Shown: positions 17,343-26,631 of the stretch, one piece after another
How positions within the stretch are numbered: position 1 is the first letter of the stretch
Layout of the letters: every line of letters starts with the position of its first letter
Origin: an uncultured virus (IMG/VR IMGVR_UViG_3300034082_002584)
Lineage: Duplodnaviria > Heunggongvirae > Uroviricota > Caudoviricetes
Length of the DNA: 64,000 bases
IMG/VR virus record: IMGVR_UViG_3300034082_002584
Direction: 5' to 3' (one strand)
The notes under the pieces: generated by a model
What the model saw: the letters and a program-made list of their open reading frames with translations, nothing else
What the model was told of the DNA's origin: nothing
Databases searched by the model: none
Translations under genes and position numbers: made by a program

Positions 17343-17645
17343 TTAATATCCAATATCTGTAAGAAATTGTGCTTCTGTAAGTAATTCCGCACCTTTGTAA
17401 GGTTTAATAGTATTTTTAGAAATATCATATTCATAATATCCAACACGGGTTTTTTTATCAGGCTCAATTAAAAAAACAATTGAATGGGAATATGATTTGT
17501 AATTTTCACGAATATATTGATAGTCGGTTGTTTCTTCGATTTGCATACGATAATTTCTTCCTGATCTGAACTCAATAGCGTATTGTTTATCTACTGCGAG
17601 CCGCAATAGATTTTTCAATACTTTTTGTGTATTATTTTGTGCCAT
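17343..17645 (-). CDS. family B paralogue
   Basis: C-terminal LLTEAQFLTDIGY. Confidence 0.7.
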   Translation of the reverse strand: MAQNNTQKVLKNLLRLAVDKQYAIEFRSGRNYRMQIEETTDYQYIRENYKSYSHSIVFLIEPDKKTRVGYYEYDISKNTIKPYKGAELLTEAQFLTDIGY

Positions 17646-17991
17646 TTTCGAAAAATCCTATGTTTTTGAAAAATAAAACTTCTTTGTGTAATAATTCCAT
17701 TTTATCTTTCAAGTATGGATATGCGGTATTTGTGACCGGATATACAGTAAAGTCAGTATGCGACACGCGATAATCGAATTGTATTGTTCCTATACAATCC
17801 ACTTTATTATAATAAACGCCAAAGTTTCCCGCAACACAATCATTAATCATATTTTTCATTAATTTAATATTTTTGGTATATCGTTCTTTATTGGTAATGC
17901 TATTGACTACACTAACCCCATAGCGTTCACGTTTACACAATTCTGCATAGACATACAGCATTTTACGCACATCATTGAGTTGCATCAGCAA
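17632..17991 (-). CDS. family B paralogue
   Basis: C-terminal LHKEVLFFKNIGF. Confidence 0.7.
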   Translation of the reverse strand: MLMQLNDVRKMLYVYAELCKRERYGVSVVNSITNKERYTKNIKLMKNMINDCVAGNFGVYYNKVDCIGTIQFDYRVSHTDFTVYPVTNTAYPYLKDKMELLHKEVLFFKNIGFFENGTK

Positions 17992-18334
17992 GCATCCCCA
18001 TATTATCCAAGTTTTCTATTTCTTCAAAAACTAAAAGTAATTCTTGATTAAATTCAATGATTGTATAATTTCCATCAATATGTTCGCCATAATTAATTTC
18101 AGAACTTACATATTCTAGAATACCAATTTTATTAAATGGTATTCTTGGATTATAGATATTAATTGTGCAATATTCAATTGTATTCAAAATTTCAAATAAA
18201 TCTTGATACGATATATCATACGAGAATAAAATTTGTTTATTATGGTTATTATTTTCTATTACTTCGATTATATATTTCTTTTGAATCAAAATATAAACAT
18301 ACTTTTCAAAATGTTGATTATTATTCGTTGGCAT
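17972..18334 (-). CDS. probable family B paralogue
   Basis: IGILEY strand; C-terminal VFEEIENLDNMGM. Confidence 0.65.
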   Translation of the reverse strand: MPTNNNQHFEKYVYILIQKKYIIEVIENNNHNKQILFSYDISYQDLFEILNTIEYCTINIYNPRIPFNKIGILEYVSSEINYGEHIDGNYTIIEFNQELLLVFEEIENLDNMGMLADATQ

Positions 18335-18524
18335 AATTCCACCCAGTATCTAAACCACTAAACCACCATCCTGTTTCGCCTTCTAATAGTTTTTTTGCAG
18401 CAATACTATCAGTTAAAATACTTTCGGTATAAATGAGCATATCCCGCTCGAATTGATCGGCGGGAATATAATATACCATTTTATCAGCAGTTATGAACCG
18501 CTTGTATAAATCTTTATCCATCAT
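18321..18524 (-). CDS. small hypothetical protein
   Basis: 67-aa ORF heading the family B operon. Confidence 0.6.
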   Translation of the reverse strand: MMDKDLYKRFITADKMVYYIPADQFERDMLIYTESILTDSIAAKKLLEGETGWWFSGLDTGWNYANE

Positions 18525-18616
18525 TTAATCCATTCCAACTTGTAACGATAGCAATATAGTCGGTTGCCTTGCATGATATTACATCACACAAGGCATTATG
18601 TCAACACATCAAATGA

Positions 18617-18907
18617 TCAGACTGGATCACCTTTTGATTCATTTTGAATTTCTTCAATTTCTGTTGGAAGTTCAACACAGGTATAAAATACCTTTACCGA
18701 ATCTTGTCCAGTAGATTGCAGAATGTCAACCAATAATTGACCGCCGTTATGACAATTTTTTTCCATTTCTGCAAGAGTATTGCCTTTTCCATTAGCCATA
18801 ACACCAGACTGAATCACATCACCGGGAATATACTTTTCCCCTTCCCAGTCTGGTGGCGAATATGCAAGAGCAATAATTGTAATATAAACAAACCAGCCAG
18901 TTTCCAT
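18617..18907 (-). CDS. hypothetical protein with N-terminal hydrophobic/signal segment
   Basis: AAGGA RBS; WFVYITIIALAY; two Cys. Confidence 0.7.
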   Translation of the reverse strand: METGWFVYITIIALAYSPPDWEGEKYIPGDVIQSGVMANGKGNTLAEMEKNCHNGGQLLVDILQSTGQDSVKVFYTCVELPTEIEEIQNESKGDPV

Positions 18908-18959
18908 TTTTGTTTTCCTTTTGTTGTGTTAAGTTAATACAGAACTACATCTGTATTAA

Positions 18960-19976
18960 CTATCTTGCCTTTATCAAAATATTGATGAACTGCTCGTAGC
19001 AATTCTCCCACGTCCATTTTCTTGATTTGTCATATATCACTTCTCGATCTAAGTAAAGACATTTGTTGACAGCCTCTGACAAATCTTCCGACATATAACC
19101 AGTAATTCCGTTTTCAATAATGTCTTTTGGTCCTGTTACTGGATATGCAGCAACAGGTGTTCCGCAAGCAAGTGCTTCTATATTGACTACGCCGAAAGTG
19201 TCAGCCTTTGATGGAAAAACAAATACAGTTGCTTTCCTGTAGTAATCACCAAGCTCTTTTCCAGTTTTCTTACCGACAAATAAAACATCTGGATATCTCT
19301 TTTTGAGTGTTTCAAGATACGGTCCATCACCCACAAGTACTTTTTTAGCATTAGGAATATAAATTGAGCAAAAATCATCAAGACCCTTTTCCTGACTTAC
19401 TCTGCTTACGCATAGAAGCGTAATATTCTGATCAATATTTGTGCTGGTATTTGATGGATAGAAAATATCTCGGTCAACGCCACGAGTCCATGATCTGATG
19501 TCTTGTGTAAAACCCTTATCTTTTAATTCCTGAACCATGCTATCAGTAGTTGTAAGAATAACAGAAGACCCCTGATATAATTTTCGTATTAACTTCCATC
19601 CAAGATCAACAGGAATAAATGACCACTTAGCATTGATAAATTCGGGAAACTTTGTATGACACGATGTTGAAAACGGAATTCCTAATCTTATACAAGTTCT
19701 AATAAAAGATATTCCAAGTGTGCCTTCTGGTGTTGCAATATGTATATGATCCCACTTTTGTTTTTTGAGAAGTTTTCGTATATGAAACGGATTTGGTAAA
19801 CCAATTTCAATTTCTGGATAGAACCAAAGCGAAAATCTTATCTTGCAACGGCGAGGATGATAGACATGAATTGTATCACCATTTTTCCTTGCTTGATAAA
19901 CTAAGTTGGAAAGGGTAGTTACAACTCCGTTTACTTGTGGATGCCAAGCATCAGTAATCAGTAGTATCTTGCTCAT
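18960..19976 (-). CDS. GT4-family glycosyltransferase, Agt-like glycolipid synthase candidate
   Basis: ITDAWHPQVNGVV, HIATPEG, VSRVSQEKG and DTFGVVNIEALACGTPV motifs. Confidence 0.85.
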   Translation of the reverse strand: MSKILLITDAWHPQVNGVVTTLSNLVYQARKNGDTIHVYHPRRCKIRFSLWFYPEIEIGLPNPFHIRKLLKKQKWDHIHIATPEGTLGISFIRTCIRLGIPFSTSCHTKFPEFINAKWSFIPVDLGWKLIRKLYQGSSVILTTTDSMVQELKDKGFTQDIRSWTRGVDRDIFYPSNTSTNIDQNITLLCVSRVSQEKGLDDFCSIYIPNAKKVLVGDGPYLETLKKRYPDVLFVGKKTGKELGDYYRKATVFVFPSKADTFGVVNIEALACGTPVAAYPVTGPKDIIENGITGYMSEDLSEAVNKCLYLDREVIYDKSRKWTWENCYEQFINILIKAR

Positions 19977-20715
19977 ATTTTTCCATTCTATATTCTAGTA
20001 CTTCAAAGCTTCCATCTATATGTTCAAGTAGTGCTGTTCCAGATTCAACCCAATCTCCACAATTCATATATTCTATTCCATTGATGTCTTTTATAGCTGC
20101 GACATGAATATGACCACATATAATTCCATCGTATTTTTCTTCAATGCAGTATTCGGAAAGTTTAACTTCAAAGTTATTGATGAAGTTCAACGCTTCTTTG
20201 GTATTCTGTTTAAGCCACTTACTAAGGCTCCAATATTCCATACCTAACATATTACGAACTTTATTAAAGTGAATGTTAACCCAAATCATAAAGTTGTATG
20301 CAACATCTCCTATGTGCATCAACCATTTATTATCAAGCATCAGCGAATCGAAGAAGTCTCCGTGTATGATTAGATATCTTTTTTCGTTTATTGCTTTATA
20401 GTCAATTCGATCAAGAAGTTGTATGTTTCCTATTTCAATGTCAAATTGAAGAAATTTACGAAATGCTTCGTCGTGGTTGCCAAGTATATAATATACCTTC
20501 GTACCTCTTTTTGCAGCAGTCAATATACGTCTTATAACATTTGCATGACTTTGTGGGAAAAACCATCTTTTTCTTAGTTGCCATCCGTCTATAACGTCAC
20601 CAACAAGGAAAAGATTTTCGCATGTATTTGTCTTTAAAAAGGAACAGAGGGAATCTGCTTGACACCCTCTGGACCCTAAGTGTATATCGGAAATGAAAAT
20701 ACTATTATAATGCAA
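19951..20715 (-). CDS. plcP: LpxH-like metallophosphoesterase, PlcP (phospholipase C) candidate
   Basis: SDIHLG, GDVIDGW, GNHD, HGD and GHIH motifs; directly upstream of the GT4 gene; TTG start with GAGG RBS. Confidence 0.75.
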   Translation of the reverse strand: MHYNSIFISDIHLGSRGCQADSLCSFLKTNTCENLFLVGDVIDGWQLRKRWFFPQSHANVIRRILTAAKRGTKVYYILGNHDEAFRKFLQFDIEIGNIQLLDRIDYKAINEKRYLIIHGDFFDSLMLDNKWLMHIGDVAYNFMIWVNIHFNKVRNMLGMEYWSLSKWLKQNTKEALNFINNFEVKLSEYCIEEKYDGIICGHIHVAAIKDINGIEYMNCGDWVESGTALLEHIDGSFEVLEYRMEKYEQDTTDY

Positions 20716-20878
20716 GATATTACCTCTTGTTTTTACTCACTTGATATTTATATAGTTACACGACAGAATCCAATAGACAATGGAATCATAGACCAATATT
20801 AAGAAGAACGCAACACATTGCGTTTCGTGCATAGATAATTAATCCATGCACGATACAGGTCGCCATTTTTTCATTTTA

Positions 20879-21442
20879 TCAACACGGTTCAAGTTCCTTA
20901 CCATATTTTTCAGTCAATTCCGCACGACATTCAGCAGAAATTGATCGGGTCAATGTATGCATCCATTGTGAAAAACTGTATTGATTTCCTTTTGAATCTT
21001 TCCATCCATTCTTTTCAAATTCTTCTGCACGTTTGCGATAACGCCGCTCTCTTGCCAACCGCTGCGATTCTCGCACACTCAGCTTTGTTCCTTCTGGATT
21101 TCCCTTGCCAGACATAAACACATCAATATCGGTGACGCCACGCCGTGTATTGCACCGCTCACAGGCCATTGCAAGGTTTTCCATATCATCGCTACCGCCT
21201 TTTGAACGGGGAATAATATGTTCAACTGTTGCACTATTTGATTTGCCGCGAAGATGTGTAGCATCACAGCCACACCAACAACAATGCCAATTTTGTGCTT
21301 CTGCAAGTCGCGTCCGCACATAAATGCGAACAGACAATTCATATTTCAATTCACTATATTTTGGATTACGATACTTTTTCCAAAATGGATCATCCAATGC
21401 TGGCGGCATTTCGTGGATGATAAGAGGAAGATTGATTTGCAT
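20879..21442 (-). CDS. HNH endonuclease
   Basis: CCWCG...[13 protein letters not shown]...[14 protein letters not shown] before ATG 21442. Confidence 0.85.
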   Translation of the reverse strand: MQINLPLIIHEMPPALDDPFWKKYRNPKYSELKYELSVRIYVRTRLAEAQNWHCCWCGCDATHLRGKSNSATVEHIIPRSKGGSDDMENLAMACERCNTRRGVTDIDVFMSGKGNPEGTKLSVRESQRLARERRYRKRAEEFEKNGWKDSKGNQYSFSQWMHTLTRSISAECRAELTEKYGKELEPC

Positions 21443-21443
21443 T

Positions 21444-21722
21444 TTACATGCTCCAATATGTTTCAGAAGCAGGCGACATATAGATGGGAGTATTGACAGG
21501 TTCTTGATAGTCAAGCCCACTCATCAGATTTTTGCGAGTAACTTTCTTTTCCACATTGGCATAGAAATTGGTCGCATCAGTGATGGAATAGTCATCCACA
21601 TTGATAGCAATTTTTTTGCTATACCGTGTGAGTGCCGCCTTTGCTGCACCTTTGGTAGCATAGGTCTGGCTGTTACGTTCCAGCAAGATCGTGGTATCGG
21701 TGTTGTAAACTACAAAAGCCAT
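21444..21722 (-). CDS. conserved hypothetical phage protein
   Basis: AAKAALTR...NLMSG...[21 protein letters not shown]. Confidence 0.75.
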   Translation of the reverse strand: MAFVVYNTDTTILLERNSQTYATKGAAKAALTRYSKKIAINVDDYSITDATNFYANVEKKVTRKNLMSGLDYQEPVNTPIYMSPASETYWSM

Positions 21723-21748
21723 TTTGCGTTCCTTCGTTTCCATACACA

Positions 21749-21778
21749 TGCATAGCATGATTCGATATGACGTGTCAA
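21749..21778 (-). promoter_or_regulatory. sigma70-like promoter with GANTC
   Basis: TTGACA-cgtcatatCGAATCAtgc-TATGCA. Confidence 0.7.
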
Positions 21779-21781
21779 ACG

Positions 21782-21809
21782 AAAAAGGCGAGGTTTCCCC
21801 CGCCTTTTC
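21782..21809. terminator. intrinsic terminator
   Basis: AAAAAGGCG...CGCCTTTT. Confidence 0.7.
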
Positions 21810-22011
21810 TTCTTATTTCAACCACGAAAGATGCAATGCAGTCAGCATAGAACCAAGGGTAAAAATAACCCCATACAATACTGTTTGTGCATTTACACCG
21901 CCAAAGACATGCTGCCGATGATAAATCCAACAGATATGACGGCAGAATGAATAATAAATTTCTTTTTCATTTCCATTTTCCTTTTTGTTGTGGTTGATAT
22001 AACGTTATTAT

Positions 22012-22088
22012 TGGTAGACCCTTTCGGACTCGAACCGAAATATTCAATCTTATGAGGATTGTTCATTCACCAGTTATGATAAAGGTCC
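22012..22088 (-). tRNA. tRNA with CAT anticodon, probably tRNA-Ile2 (lysidine) rather than Met
   Basis: GGACCTT acceptor, anticodon arm CAATC-CTCATAA-GATTG, TTCGAG T-loop, encoded CCA; C4:G69 and C5:G68. Confidence 0.85.
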
Positions 22089-22114
22089 ACTAATAATAAC
22101 GGTATTAAGAGAAT

Positions 22115-22208
22115 TGGTAGGGATGGTGGGATTCGAACCCACAATGTGATCATTAATCAGTGAGGCATTTTAAGTGCCTTGCGTTTCAACCAGTTTCGCC
22201 ACATCCCC
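22115..22208 (-). tRNA. tRNA-Leu(TAA)
   Basis: GGGGATG acceptor, AGGCA-CTTAAAA-TGCCT anticodon arm, long variable arm, GTTCGAATC, CCA. Confidence 0.92.
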
Positions 22209-22349
22209 GCACGATTTGAGTCTTTTTTATGGTCATACTCAGGACCGTCTACTCTATACTTAATTACATTCTATCTAAGGTGCTTACTTACTACTATCGC
22301 GTTTCATCATGTCGTCACTATGGCACAGCATTTTGATTCGGTCAAGCTA

Positions 22350-22705
22350 GTTTTCAGGCATTGCAGGCTCACCCTGCTTAGATTAATCGCCACGTCATGA
22401 TTAGCATTCCTCTGGTTTATTTTCTAAGGATTGACCGATTGACGACTTCGGTATGTTTTCGTCTTTCTATGTGTTGCTATACTAATAATAAAATTAGCGT
22501 TTTACGGTTGATCGCGAGATTTATACATGAACTTCATGGTAGTCTCCATAGCGTTGCGGTTGACTGATAGAAAACACTGTTATTTTGTTCGGGTGAGCCA
22601 CGTCCCTACACTATAGGCTCTATTATGAGACAAATTATTAAAGATTACACTAGGGCGAGTCTCGAATTTTAATCATATTTAGTACACCTTGTTTTGCTTT
22701 CCGTA
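22350..22705 (-). ncRNA. candidate structured ncRNA upstream of the tRNAs
   Basis: no ORF; 9-bp closing helix 22366-22374/22591-22599; 22464-22470/22567-22573; several hairpins; promoter TTGACA-ctatccgcCGAATCGac-TAAAAC at 22739-22711. Confidence 0.5.
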
Positions 22706-22759
22706 AGACAGTTTTAGTCGATTCGGCGGATAGTGTCAACAAGTATTTTCGTTATCGTG

Positions 22760-22975
22760 TCAGCCCCACAGATAAATCCCAGATGCAACCCAGACCACAA
22801 TAAGAAAAAGCATACGCCCATTCATATATGCAGTACCGCGAGGATAACCAGATACACGATAAAGATCAGACATTCTTTTATTGTGTTTCCTATTGACAAT
22901 TGCATCAGCAATCAACAGCAGAAAAACAATAGAAGTAATAGTAAACCCAGAATACGCTACAACAGTTGAAAACAT
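22760..22975 (-). CDS. small membrane protein
   Basis: two hydrophobic segments; AAGGA RBS. Confidence 0.65.
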   Translation of the reverse strand: MFSTVVAYSGFTITSIVFLLLIADAIVNRKHNKRMSDLYRVSGYPRGTAYMNGRMLFLIVVWVASGIYLWG

Positions 22976-23078
22976 TTTATTTCCTTTCAGATGTTAGAAT
23001 CGCATGACTACATACAATATATCATGACAGCGAGTGTGCCGCAACAGATTTTTTAGCATTGTCTTACAAAAAGAATAT

Positions 23079-23102
23079 AAAAAAGGGGGCATAAGCCCCC
23101 TT
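23079..23102 (-). terminator. intrinsic terminator
   Basis: AAGGGGGC-ttat-GCCCCCTT followed by T-run on the minus strand. Confidence 0.75.
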
Positions 23103-23122
23103 GTGTTCTTGTGATTGTTAAC

Positions 23123-23536
23123 TTATTCGGTAACAAGTTCCCGATTTTCGATTTGTTCAGCTTCGGCTTGTTCAGCTTCCATTTCTTCCGCTTCCGCTTC
23201 TGCAATTTCTTCGGCTTCGGTCGGTTCACCGATCATCTTGCGACCCGCATCAGTCAGCATATAGCCTTTGGCTGGCCGTCCACGAGTTTCTGCCTTGATA
23301 TCAAAGGTTTTCAGATAACCAAGTTGAACAAGTTGGTTCATCAACGGGCGAGAAGGAATTTCTTCCTTGTCATCAATAAAGATTGCAGTCAAAGCACGCA
23401 CGATGTTCTTTTTTTCTGCAAAGAGTGCTTTTGGACCCCGCTTTGTGCCAGTTGCGGCAACTTTTGCATTCTTTTCGATTTCGGCAATCACATTTTCGGT
23501 GACAGCATCAACCACGGATTCATCAACAGTGTTCAT
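23123..23536 (-). CDS. probable winged-helix protein with acidic tail, paralogue of 2849..3295
   Basis: SRPLMNQLVQLGYL...RGRPAKGYMLTDAGR; promoter TTGACA-tggggTGATTCGagagc-TAAAAG at 23609. Confidence 0.65.
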   Translation of the reverse strand: MNTVDESVVDAVTENVIAEIEKNAKVAATGTKRGPKALFAEKKNIVRALTAIFIDDKEEIPSRPLMNQLVQLGYLKTFDIKAETRGRPAKGYMLTDAGRKMIGEPTEAEEIAEAEAEEMEAEQAEAEQIENRELVTE

Positions 23537-23762
23537 GTCTATTTCCTCTATATGGGGCATCATCGCCCTTCGGTAACACTCTTTTAGCTCTCGAATCACC
23601 CCATGTCAATATGTATTTTCATTGTTAATGCAGATAGTGATACATAATGCAGAACCTAGTTTCGTCGGTATTGTATGAATAACCAACAAAATATAATAAA
23701 TCTAGTCTAAAAAACGCAAAAAAAATATAAATAAAGTAAAGCGAATTCCAAAGGAGAGACAG

Positions 23763-24413
23763 ATGGCTATTCAAAACTTAATTAATATGAGTGTTCCCAC
23801 TGATGCAAGAACAGGTGCTTTATTAATGCCTAAATTACAAAATCGTTTTAGAGTTTCATTTGACTTTGATTCGGGTAGATATATTACTGGAAACGCAGTT
23901 AGCGTTACTAGACCAACATTAGCATTTGATCCCATCACACTAGAAGTTTATAATTCAAGAGTATATATTCCCGGTAAACATACATGGAATACAGTTGATG
24001 TTGTTATACGCGATACAGTATCAAATAATACAATTAAACAAATTGAAGGTCAATTAACTCGTCAAATTGACATGGCTACACAAAGCGTTCAACGTTCTGC
24101 ATCTGCATTCAAATTTCAAACAACAATTGAAACATTAGATGGTTCTAATCCAATCGGCGGAAGTATTCCTACTACTAGTATTTTAGACACTTGGTCATTA
24201 CTTGGATGTTATATTGAAAATGTTGCATACGGCAATAATGATTATGCATCGTCTGATCCAATTACAATTACGATAACTCTAAAATATGATAATGCAATTC
24301 ATGCTCATGCTGGCGTTCCTGATGGTCTTTCTGCGACTAACTTTACCCCAGATTTTGGAATTTTATCAACTGGTCAGGGTAATATACCGCAAGCTGGTAG
24401 AGCTGGTTTCTAA
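23763..24413 (+). CDS. tail tube protein (T4 gp19-like)
   Basis: PKLQNRFRV, VTRP, GKHTW and ITITLKYDNA motifs; TATAAATA at 23726. Confidence 0.8.
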   Translation: MAIQNLINMSVPTDARTGALLMPKLQNRFRVSFDFDSGRYITGNAVSVTRPTLAFDPITLEVYNSRVYIPGKHTWNTVDVVIRDTVSNNTIKQIEGQLTRQIDMATQSVQRSASAFKFQTTIETLDGSNPIGGSIPTTSILDTWSLLGCYIENVAYGNNDYASSDPITITITLKYDNAIHAHAGVPDGLSATNFTPDFGILSTGQGNIPQAGRAGF

Positions 24414-24434
24414 TATATTAGAAACTATTTAAAT

Positions 24435-25076
24435 ATGGGAATTAGCCTTTCAGAAATTTATGGAAATCTAGGAATTACGACAACTGATCCAGTTATGTCG
24501 AAAATTCCTAGATTTAAATTCAACTTTTTACTTGAAATACAATTAGGCAATAATTCAAGTGGCGTTATTAAATTTGAACGTGTTCGCACAGCAACCTTAC
24601 CTGAAGTTTCATTTGATACTAAAATTATGAATCAATATAATGTAAAGCGAGTAGTGCAATCAAAAATGAATTATGGAACATGCACCGTTGCATTTTATGA
24701 TACATATGATAATGATTTTTTAACAAAAATAGCAATTCCTTATTCTAAAAATTATTACAATAATGGCGACGGACTTAATAAAATTAGTGATACATTCGCG
24801 ACTACTGATTCTATAACATCTAATGACAATGCAATTATTGGAAATTTCGGATTAACTACCACCACACCAGCAAATAGATATTTTATTCCTGAAATTAGAA
24901 TTAAAAAAGTAGGTCCAGATGCTAATATTTTTGATCATATCATGAAAAATTGTATGATAACCAGTATAGCAGGAGATACAATGGATTATGGTGATAGTCA
25001 GCCTGTGCAATTTACCGTAACCTTTCAACCGGAAAGAATGGAATTAACTAGTAATCCAAATTCAACAACTAGATAA
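24435..25076 (+). CDS. tail tube-like / baseplate tube initiator protein
   Basis: PRFKFNF, LP..SFDT..MNQYN and MDYGDSQPVQFTVTFQPE tube-fold motifs. Confidence 0.65.
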   Translation: MGISLSEIYGNLGITTTDPVMSKIPRFKFNFLLEIQLGNNSSGVIKFERVRTATLPEVSFDTKIMNQYNVKRVVQSKMNYGTCTVAFYDTYDNDFLTKIAIPYSKNYYNNGDGLNKISDTFATTDSITSNDNAIIGNFGLTTTTPANRYFIPEIRIKKVGPDANIFDHIMKNCMITSIAGDTMDYGDSQPVQFTVTFQPERMELTSNPNSTTR

Positions 25077-25080
25077 TAGC

Positions 25081-25515
25081 ATGGCTCGATTCCATCAAGG
25101 CCAATACGAAATAAAAAATCCAAGCAAATATTTGGGAAAAAAAATACCATATGCAAGATCATCTTGGGAATTCAAAATGATGGATTTTTTTGATAATAAT
25201 CCGAGTATTATTGGTTGGGCAAGTGAATCACATCGTATCCCGTATGTTCATCCATTTACTAAAAAGATAACTACATATGTTCCTGACTTCTTTGTAGTAT
25301 ATAAAAATGCACAAGGAATCACCGTAGCTGAAATGCTAGAAGTAAAACCAAGTTCACAAATTTTAGAAAATGCAAAAAAGAAAAGTGATGTTATTGCTGG
25401 AGTCATTAATCAAGAAAAATGGAAAATGGCAAAACAATGGTGTGATCAGCAAGGAATTGGATTTAGAGTTGTTACGGAACATGAAATTTACAGAAAGTCT
25501 GGAAAGAACAAATGA
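25081..25515 (+). CDS. head completion nuclease (T4 gp4, TnsA-like)
   Basis: NPSKYLG, RSSWE, WASE, YVPDF, EVKP and FRVVTE motifs. Confidence 0.85.
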   Translation: MARFHQGQYEIKNPSKYLGKKIPYARSSWEFKMMDFFDNNPSIIGWASESHRIPYVHPFTKKITTYVPDFFVVYKNAQGITVAEMLEVKPSSQILENAKKKSDVIAGVINQEKWKMAKQWCDQQGIGFRVVTEHEIYRKSGKNK

Positions 25516-26060
25516 CAAAAAAATTAGAAGATTTCTTTAATTTAAGTAACGAAGAAGATGATATACATATATCAGATACGTTAGATATTGAAGTAGTGAA
25601 TGAAAAAGAAAAAGAATTAATAACATACGATTTCACAGAATTATCTGGTGTATTGAGCGAAGTAGATAAAATTGATCAAGCATTGGGTCCAGTAAAAGGA
25701 TTAGAAATATTAGATAGTGAAATGGATGCATTATCTAAACGAGCTATGGAAGTATTTGAATTATTGATTGATATAGGTCAAAATGTCGAAGATAAAAATA
25801 TTGCTCCTGTATTTGACGCTGCATCAAAAATGTTAAGTGGTGCAATTTCTGCAAGCCAAAGCAAGATGGATAGAAAATTAAAAGCAATTCAATTGCAGTT
25901 ACAGAAAGCAAAATTAGATCAAGATCAAGAAAAATTTGAATGGAAAGTAAAAGAACGTAAGAATAATGGCGATGATGCAGTTCCGATTGATGGCACATCA
26001 GAAAGAATTTCAATATCTCGTTCTGACCTAATTCGTGAAATTCTTGATAAAAAACAATAA
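25512..26060 (+). CDS. probable terminase small subunit
   Basis: MTKKLEDFFNL start, helical core, C-terminal SRSDLI; position upstream of terL. Confidence 0.5.
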   Translation: MTKKLEDFFNLSNEEDDIHISDTLDIEVVNEKEKELITYDFTELSGVLSEVDKIDQALGPVKGLEILDSEMDALSKRAMEVFELLIDIGQNVEDKNIAPVFDAASKMLSGAISASQSKMDRKLKAIQLQLQKAKLDQDQEKFEWKVKERKNNGDDAVPIDGTSERISISRSDLIREILDKKQ

Positions 26061-26085
26061 ATAAAAGAAAAGAGGATTTTACGCC

Positions 26086-26619
26086 ATGAAAAGACTACAA
26101 CAATATCTTATGGAATCGCAAAAAACATACGAATTTCGTATGAAAACTATTGTAGAACTTACAGATGATCAACTAGATAAACTTGAAAATCATTTAAGAA
26201 AGTATGAAGCGTATGACATAGAAACACCTAAAAGAACTATTATGCAAAGTGCCCCACTAGATTTTTATAATAGTGGTGCATGTGAAGTTTATATTATTGA
26301 TTTCAAAACAAAACTACCAGTCAGTCCACAAATTTTACTTAATGAAATAGTTTCAAAATTGGGAATTGGCGAGGGAAATGTTCGCATTCGTAATAGAGCA
26401 GAACCACTTGATGAAATAGATACAAAATATCTTGAAGATAATGGAAAAGATACTAGTAAAGAAAAAAAGAAAAAAGCCCTATTGACTGATCCAGACTATA
26501 AAGAAGTTAAAAATCCAAAAGCCGATGATTATCATGGTGAAAAACATAAAACAAAGTTTATGCGTGAACTAGAAAAAGCTAGAAAACCATTAACAACTGA
26601 ATACAAGATAAAGAAATAA
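26086..26619 (+). CDS. probable virion protein
   Basis: MKRLQQYLME N-terminus; AATAAATA upstream. Confidence 0.65.
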   Translation: MKRLQQYLMESQKTYEFRMKTIVELTDDQLDKLENHLRKYEAYDIETPKRTIMQSAPLDFYNSGACEVYIIDFKTKLPVSPQILLNEIVSKLGIGEGNVRIRNRAEPLDEIDTKYLEDNGKDTSKEKKKKALLTDPDYKEVKNPKADDYHGEKHKTKFMRELEKARKPLTTEYKIKK

Positions 26620-26631
26620 TAGGAGATTATC

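Noticed and set aside
22012..22088. Initiator tRNA-fMet
   Set aside because: Lacks the C1:A72 mismatch and the three G:C pairs in the anticodon stem
22350..22705. tmRNA, RNase P RNA or group I intron
   Set aside because: No tRNA-like CCA end, no GAGGAAAGUCC, and no interrupted gene; GAGACUA is present but no matching P7 partner was found
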